Below are positions 59,708 to 64,000 of a stretch of 64,000 nt of DNA, piece after piece; the first letter of the stretch is position 1; each line of letters begins with the position of its first letter. The stretch comes from Acidimicrobiales bacterium (lineage in GTDB: Bacteria > Actinomycetota > Acidimicrobiia > Acidimicrobiales > Bin134). Both the position numbers and the translations under genes were made by a program. The stretch covers positions 2,320,891 to 2,384,890 of the forward strand of contig OZ246892.1 in the NCBI GenBank assembly GCA_965231915.1. The letters run 5' to 3'. The notes below the pieces were generated by a model that saw only the letters and a program-made list of their open reading frames with translations, was not told the origin of the DNA and did not search any database.

Positions 59708-61207
59708 TTAGCCGACCCGGAGCGGTTCAAGCTGGATATCGTCAAGGCTCGGCTTGGCTTCCAGGGTCGCCAAATGGGCCACGATGCGAGTCTCCAACTC
59801 TCGGAGGCTTTGGTTGTCCACTGCTCCCTGCCGGTTGGCGATGAACGCAAACGTCATTTCCTGACCGCGGCCTATGTCTATGTAGCCCAACATCACGGTC
59901 GTTTCCGCTGAACCGCCCGAAAATGCCCTGATCCGCCCCGGGTTCTCCACGCCGGCAAAACGACTCTGGAGAGGTCCCGAGTCGGCGGCGGTGGGCAGCA
60001 GTTCGTGGAAGAAGGGGCTGAACTCTTCGCTTTGCAGCAGCGAGGTGAAAACCGGGCAGGTCGCGACATTGGCGGGGTCTTGCCCAGAACCGTCGAATTG
60101 GAGCAGTTGGAACTCCTCGTCATCGACCCCGATTCCCGCCAATACCGTCTCTACCGCCCGCGTTCCAGACCTTGTGCTTCCTGCTCCCGAAGTCACCCGA
60201 CCGATTTCCTTGAGGAGGAGTTCAACGGTCTCGATGTCTCGGTTGTCGAGAATCTGCTGGTAATGGTCGGAAAGCGGGGCTGATTCTATGGATGCCAGTT
60301 CGAACACCTCTTCTTCCTCGGGAACCGCTTCAGAACGAGGGCTGCGGCGAATTACCACGTCGCGGGCCTCGAGCATGTCGTCGAAGAGCGCCGCGGCATA
60401 GAACCGCGGATCCTCAGCGGCCTGATAGCCGGTGGCTTCTTCGGAGGCTTCACCGCCTTCATGCTCTTCGCCCTGCGACGAATCCAGGGCAGGGAACTGC
60501 ACCCAGCCATCATCGAATTGAAGAGCTAGGAGAGTGCCCAGATTGTCGGACTCAATAATTCTCTCCGGCCAAGAACCGACGTAGAACAGATCGTCGTACC
60601 TGGTGGCATCTCCCACCACCGCGCCGGTAACCAGGGCCAAACCCCCATCGACCAGTGCTTGGGCCAGGTCCTCAATAGGAGTGTGAAGCCGGTTCTCGTC
60701 TTCCCCAAAGGTGGCGACAAACTCCGGGGTCGAAAGTAGCGGGTCGCCCCCGCCGACCAGATAGACGTCGCCGTTCACCACCCCGTCTTCCATTGGCACG
60801 ATCGATTGCACCGATGTGGTGAAGGTGTGATCTGGACCCAGTTCCTTGTGCGCGGTCGCCAGTGTGAGGAGGAGAAATGCCTCGGAGGGCATCACCTGGA
60901 TGCCGGCATTGCTCTCGTAAAACGGAGGAGTTCGATCGTTGAGGGTTACGTTGATGCAAGCCGCCGCGGGAGCGGAGGCCATCATTTCGTCCAACGAGTC
61001 GAAAAATCCAGGTTCGGTAAGCGGCGGGGCCACTAGCGCCTTCAGGCGGCGGGTGGAGACAAGAGGGGTGCCCACACCGGGAGGCACCGCGTCGTCGGTG
61101 GCAACCTCACCCAGGTTCTCGTGAAGTTGTTCGTTCATGTAGTTGGAGCCGAAGAGCGCCGCTAGGGCAACCGCAAGCAGCAGAACGGGCGTGGCGATCC
61201 GGCGCAC
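59708..61207 (-). CDS. DacB/PBP4 (peptidase S13) homolog with degenerate catalytic motifs
   Basis: LGPDHTFTT, GDVYLVGGGDPLL, FDGSG and FAFIAN are S13 scaffold motifs, but SxxK, SxN and KTG are absent. Confidence 0.85.
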   Translation of the reverse strand: MRRIATPVLLLAVALAALFGSNYMNEQLHENLGEVATDDAVPPGVGTPLVSTRRLKALVAPPLTEPGFFDSLDEMMASAPAAACINVTLNDRTPPFYESNAGIQVMPSEAFLLLTLATAHKELGPDHTFTTSVQSIVPMEDGVVNGDVYLVGGGDPLLSTPEFVATFGEDENRLHTPIEDLAQALVDGGLALVTGAVVGDATRYDDLFYVGSWPERIIESDNLGTLLALQFDDGWVQFPALDSSQGEEHEGGEASEEATGYQAAEDPRFYAAALFDDMLEARDVVIRRSPRSEAVPEEEEVFELASIESAPLSDHYQQILDNRDIETVELLLKEIGRVTSGAGSTRSGTRAVETVLAGIGVDDEEFQLLQFDGSGQDPANVATCPVFTSLLQSEEFSPFFHELLPTAADSGPLQSRFAGVENPGRIRAFSGGSAETTVMLGYIDIGRGQEMTFAFIANRQGAVDNQSLRELETRIVAHLATLEAKPSLDDIQLEPLRVG

Positions 61208-61217
61208 TTAGGTCATC

Positions 61218-62699
61218 CTAGTGGTGCGTCTTTTTTCCGCCTAGATGGCGTTGTCGCCACCGGGCGTACCACCACAGGTGGTTCAGAGCCCTCACCGCTC
61301 GATCTGCGGAAGGAAAGCAGTAGCGACCTTCTCCAGACAAAGTGGCCGGCCCTGAATTTGAGGACTGGGTGACGGCCAGCTCGGTGGCCGCCAGTATTGG
61401 CTTGCCGGTTCGAGTCGAGGCATCGTCCGCTGCTTGGGCAAAGCGGCTGTCCTGGCGCTCGTGGTATTGGCAGATGCGTTCCAGCTCAGCCGATTCGAAG
61501 TACGGGCCAGATCGCAAGTGGGACGCGGTGTTGGCTTGGATCCCCATTCCAAGATAAATCACCGCATCGACCTCCGGGTGATCAGCAACCAGGTTGATTG
61601 CATCCGGAATGGTGTCGCGGCTTTCGCCGCCGGCCAGGTCGATCGGATTGCTGCGGCTCCATCGGGGAGGCACCAAACCATCTATGGCCGCCATCAGATC
61701 TCCGGGCAGGGGTATCAGTTCGAGACTCGATCTTGACACCGCATCTGCGGCGATCACACCCCAGCCACCCGCGCTGGAGAGTACTAGCGTGCGGGGACCA
61801 GCGGGCAGGGGCTGGGTTGCGAAGGCCGCCACCGCGTCGTACGCCTCCTCGATGGTAGAAGCCCTGACCGCCCCGCTCTGACGAACCATGCCGTCGAACA
61901 CCCGGTCGTTGGTGGCCAGCGCTCCAGTATGACTGGCGGCCGCTTGTGCTCCTCTCGGGGTGGTCCCTCCCTTGACGAGCACCACCGGCTTGGCCTCAGC
62001 TACTTCTCGAACCGTCGACGCGAATTTCCCCCCATCACCCACTCCCTCGACGTAGGCGGCCATTGCCTTGGTATGGGAGTCGCCGGCGAACCATTTCAGG
62101 AAATCCACAACCTCCACCATGGCCGCGTTGCCTGCGCTCACTGCCCGGCTGATGCCCACACCGCTGTGCGCGGAATAGTTCATGAATGCCGAAACCAGAT
62201 TGCCCGACTGGCTGGCAACCGAGATCGGCCCGGAGGGCGGAATCGGAGCCACTATCTGGGCCGCCAATCTAGCCGGGTTGGAAATCAACCCCTGCCCATT
62301 GGGCCCGGCCAACACCATGCCCAGCGAATGGGCCAGATCGACCAGCTCTTCTTCAACTCGAGCCCCTTCAGAGCCTGTCTCTCGGAAACCTCCCGAGGCA
62401 ATGAAAGCCGCACCAACGCCCCGGCTAGCAGCCGACCGCAATATGTTGGCGCAGGTCTGAGGTGGAGTGCAGACCAACACCAGATCTGCCGCTCCTTGGG
62501 GCACCTCCTCGACCTCCGCCATGGTCTCGACCCCCAAGATGGTGGGCCTGTCTGGGTTGGTGGCGAACACCGGACCGCCGAATCCGCCAGCCAAGATGTT
62601 GTGAAGAGCGACAAAACCAAACTTCCCGGGATGGGTAGACGCACCGGCCAACACGATTCCCCGGGGATTGAACAGGAGATCGAACTGCGACAGGCTCAT
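61218..62699 (-). CDS. ADP-forming acyl-CoA synthetase, alpha (CoA-binding) subunit
   Basis: LFNPRGI...GAS..PGKFG, GPNGQG, SQSG, SAGN, AASHTGALA (phospho-His), NPIDL. Confidence 0.9.
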   Translation of the reverse strand: MSLSQFDLLFNPRGIVLAGASTHPGKFGFVALHNILAGGFGGPVFATNPDRPTILGVETMAEVEEVPQGAADLVLVCTPPQTCANILRSAASRGVGAAFIASGGFRETGSEGARVEEELVDLAHSLGMVLAGPNGQGLISNPARLAAQIVAPIPPSGPISVASQSGNLVSAFMNYSAHSGVGISRAVSAGNAAMVEVVDFLKWFAGDSHTKAMAAYVEGVGDGGKFASTVREVAEAKPVVLVKGGTTPRGAQAAASHTGALATNDRVFDGMVRQSGAVRASTIEEAYDAVAAFATQPLPAGPRTLVLSSAGGWGVIAADAVSRSSLELIPLPGDLMAAIDGLVPPRWSRSNPIDLAGGESRDTIPDAINLVADHPEVDAVIYLGMGIQANTASHLRSGPYFESAELERICQYHERQDSRFAQAADDASTRTGKPILAATELAVTQSSNSGPATLSGEGRYCFPSADRAVRALNHLWWYARWRQRHLGGKKTHH

Positions 62700-63340
62700 G
62701 TGTCGCTCATAATCACCAGTGCATCCACCGCCACCGGCAACCCCTCCCTGATCACCAGGGGATTCACATCTATAGCCTCAACCCCTTCCCGGCCCGCGGC
62801 TTCGGCTAGCCCCAAGAGAGCCTCCGTCAAGGCAATCCGGTCAGCTGCCGGTTCGCCGCGCAGCGGGCCCAGTAGAGCGGCCATGCCCAGATCGTCGATC
62901 ATGTCCTGGCAGTCGGCTTCACTAACCGGAATCAGGCGAAACACTGCCTCTCCCACGGCCTCGGCCAGCACTCCGCCCACTCCGAGCATTAGCGCGGCAC
63001 CGAACTGATCAGTGCGGACTACTCCGGCCATTAGCTCCCGGTGCCCGGTCACCATCTCCGAAACCAGCAACGCCACGTCACCGTCCTCCTCGGTGGCCGC
63101 GGCCAAAAGTTGCTCGGCCGCAGACCGCACTCCGTCGGGGTTGTCGAGCCCTAACCGCACAAGACCACGTTCGCTCTTGTGGGCCAGCGACGGGCTGCAC
63201 AGCTTCACCGCAACTGGCCATCCGATCTCTGCCGACGCGGCTACAGCTTCGTCCGCCGACTTGGCCAGCCTGTCCCGGCTCACCATCAAGCCATGGGTCG
63301 CCAAGAGCTGTTTGGACTCGAATTCCGACAACACCCCCAT
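62696..63340 (-). CDS. ADP-forming acyl-CoA synthetase, beta (ATP-grasp) subunit
   Basis: LSEFESKQLL, GWPVAVK, HKSERG.V, DVNPL, AVDAL. ATG at 63340. Confidence 0.88.
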   Translation of the reverse strand: MGVLSEFESKQLLATHGLMVSRDRLAKSADEAVAASAEIGWPVAVKLCSPSLAHKSERGLVRLGLDNPDGVRSAAEQLLAAATEEDGDVALLVSEMVTGHRELMAGVVRTDQFGAALMLGVGGVLAEAVGEAVFRLIPVSEADCQDMIDDLGMAALLGPLRGEPAADRIALTEALLGLAEAAGREGVEAIDVNPLVIREGLPVAVDALVIMSDT

Positions 63341-63517
63341 CCCCGCCCAACCTACCTGTCCAACCCCACCTTGCTCACTCCGACCACCGCAGCAAGAGGC
63401 GGACAGGACCAGTACAGTGCGAGAGTTCAGAACCTCATGTAACCCCCGCCTGTCCTCTAGGGTCACACTCGTGACTGCTATGTCGGCGGTCGGCCTGACC
63501 CGTTGGGAGTTTGATCA

Positions 63518-64000
63518 GTGCAGATAGTGATCGCGATCGCAGTAGGGCTCGCCCTCACTCAGTTGGCCAATTTGGCCACGACGGTGTACCTGCACCGGGA
63601 CTTGGCCCATAAGGCAGTGCAACTTCACCCTGCCCTTCGCAGCGCTTTCAAGGTCTTCTTGTGGATGTCAACCGGGATTTCTGCCCGGCAGTGGGCCGCA
63701 GTCCACCGCAAGCACCACGCCTACACCGATGCCCCCGAAGACCCCCACTCCCCGGCCCGACTGGGCTGGTTGCGGGTTCAGCTCACCAATGCCGCCCTCT
63801 ACCGGCGGTCGGCTCGCGATCCCCAAACCACTGAGCGCTATGCCAAAGACATCCCTGTCACTGCGCCCGACCGATGGCTACTCGGCCGCGGCATCATCGG
63901 ATTGGCCCTTGGAGTGGTCGTATTGGTCTGGTGGCTGGGCTTGGTGCCGGGCATTGTGGCCGTTGCTGTACACACTGTGGGCTATATCGGCCTCGGGGGC
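63518..64000 (+). CDS. Acyl-CoA (delta-9) fatty acid desaturase, 5' part running off the window
   Basis: Not in the ORF track. VQIVIAIAVGLALTQLANLATTVYLHRDLAHK...WAAVHRKHHAYTD.PEDPHSP carries the His boxes; RBS GGGAG upstream. Confidence 0.88.
   Translation, partial: MQIVIAIAVGLALTQLANLATTVYLHRDLAHKAVQLHPALRSAFKVFLWMSTGISARQWAAVHRKHHAYTDAPEDPHSPARLGWLRVQLTNAALYRRSARDPQTTERYAKDIPVTAPDRWLLGRGIIGLALGVVVLVWWLGLVPGIVAVAVHTVGYIGLGG

Noticed and set aside
63462-63475. Palindrome GTCAC-N4-GTGAC upstream of the desaturase, and CGTGA-CGA-TCACG upstream of pup
   Set aside because: Short single palindromes with different spacing could arise by chance and cannot be assigned to a regulator.

Overview
GC-rich, gene-dense actinobacterial chromosome segment. 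The Pup-proteasome locus and gene style suggest Acidimicrobiia, possibly a host-associated marine lineage (inference). From left to right: (1) a UGSC-motif selenoprotein gene missed by the ORF track, with an in-frame UGA, a candidate SECIS hairpin and a 1-nt frameshift; (2) an MFS transporter and a 1235-aa lipoprotein with about 29 Cys-paired RCC1-like repeats; (3) a catabolic/tailoring block of several SDRs, a P450, an MpaB/DUF2236 oxygenase, an amidohydrolase, a thioesterase, a DUF1214-like protein, a sulfotransferase and a MerB-like protein; (4) a divergent glyoxylate-shunt pair, glcB and a long ICL2-type isocitrate lyase; (5) an MMPL transporter, an intact MpaB-family gene and a deleted, truncated paralog; (6) an island of about 7.7 kb encoding a Tad/Flp pilus system whose four pilin-like genes all appear to lack prepilin leaders; (7) core genes: NUDIX, GNAT, tandem-domain thyX, M20 peptidase, tatBC, lepB, pafABC, prcAB, pup, dop, arc, ferredoxin and trmI; (8) a DacB/PBP4 homolog that has lost all three catalytic motifs, an ADP-forming acyl-CoA synthetase pair and a partial fatty-acid desaturase. 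No rRNA, tRNA, CRISPR array, integrase or transposase was recognised. All family calls come from motif recognition, not database searches.
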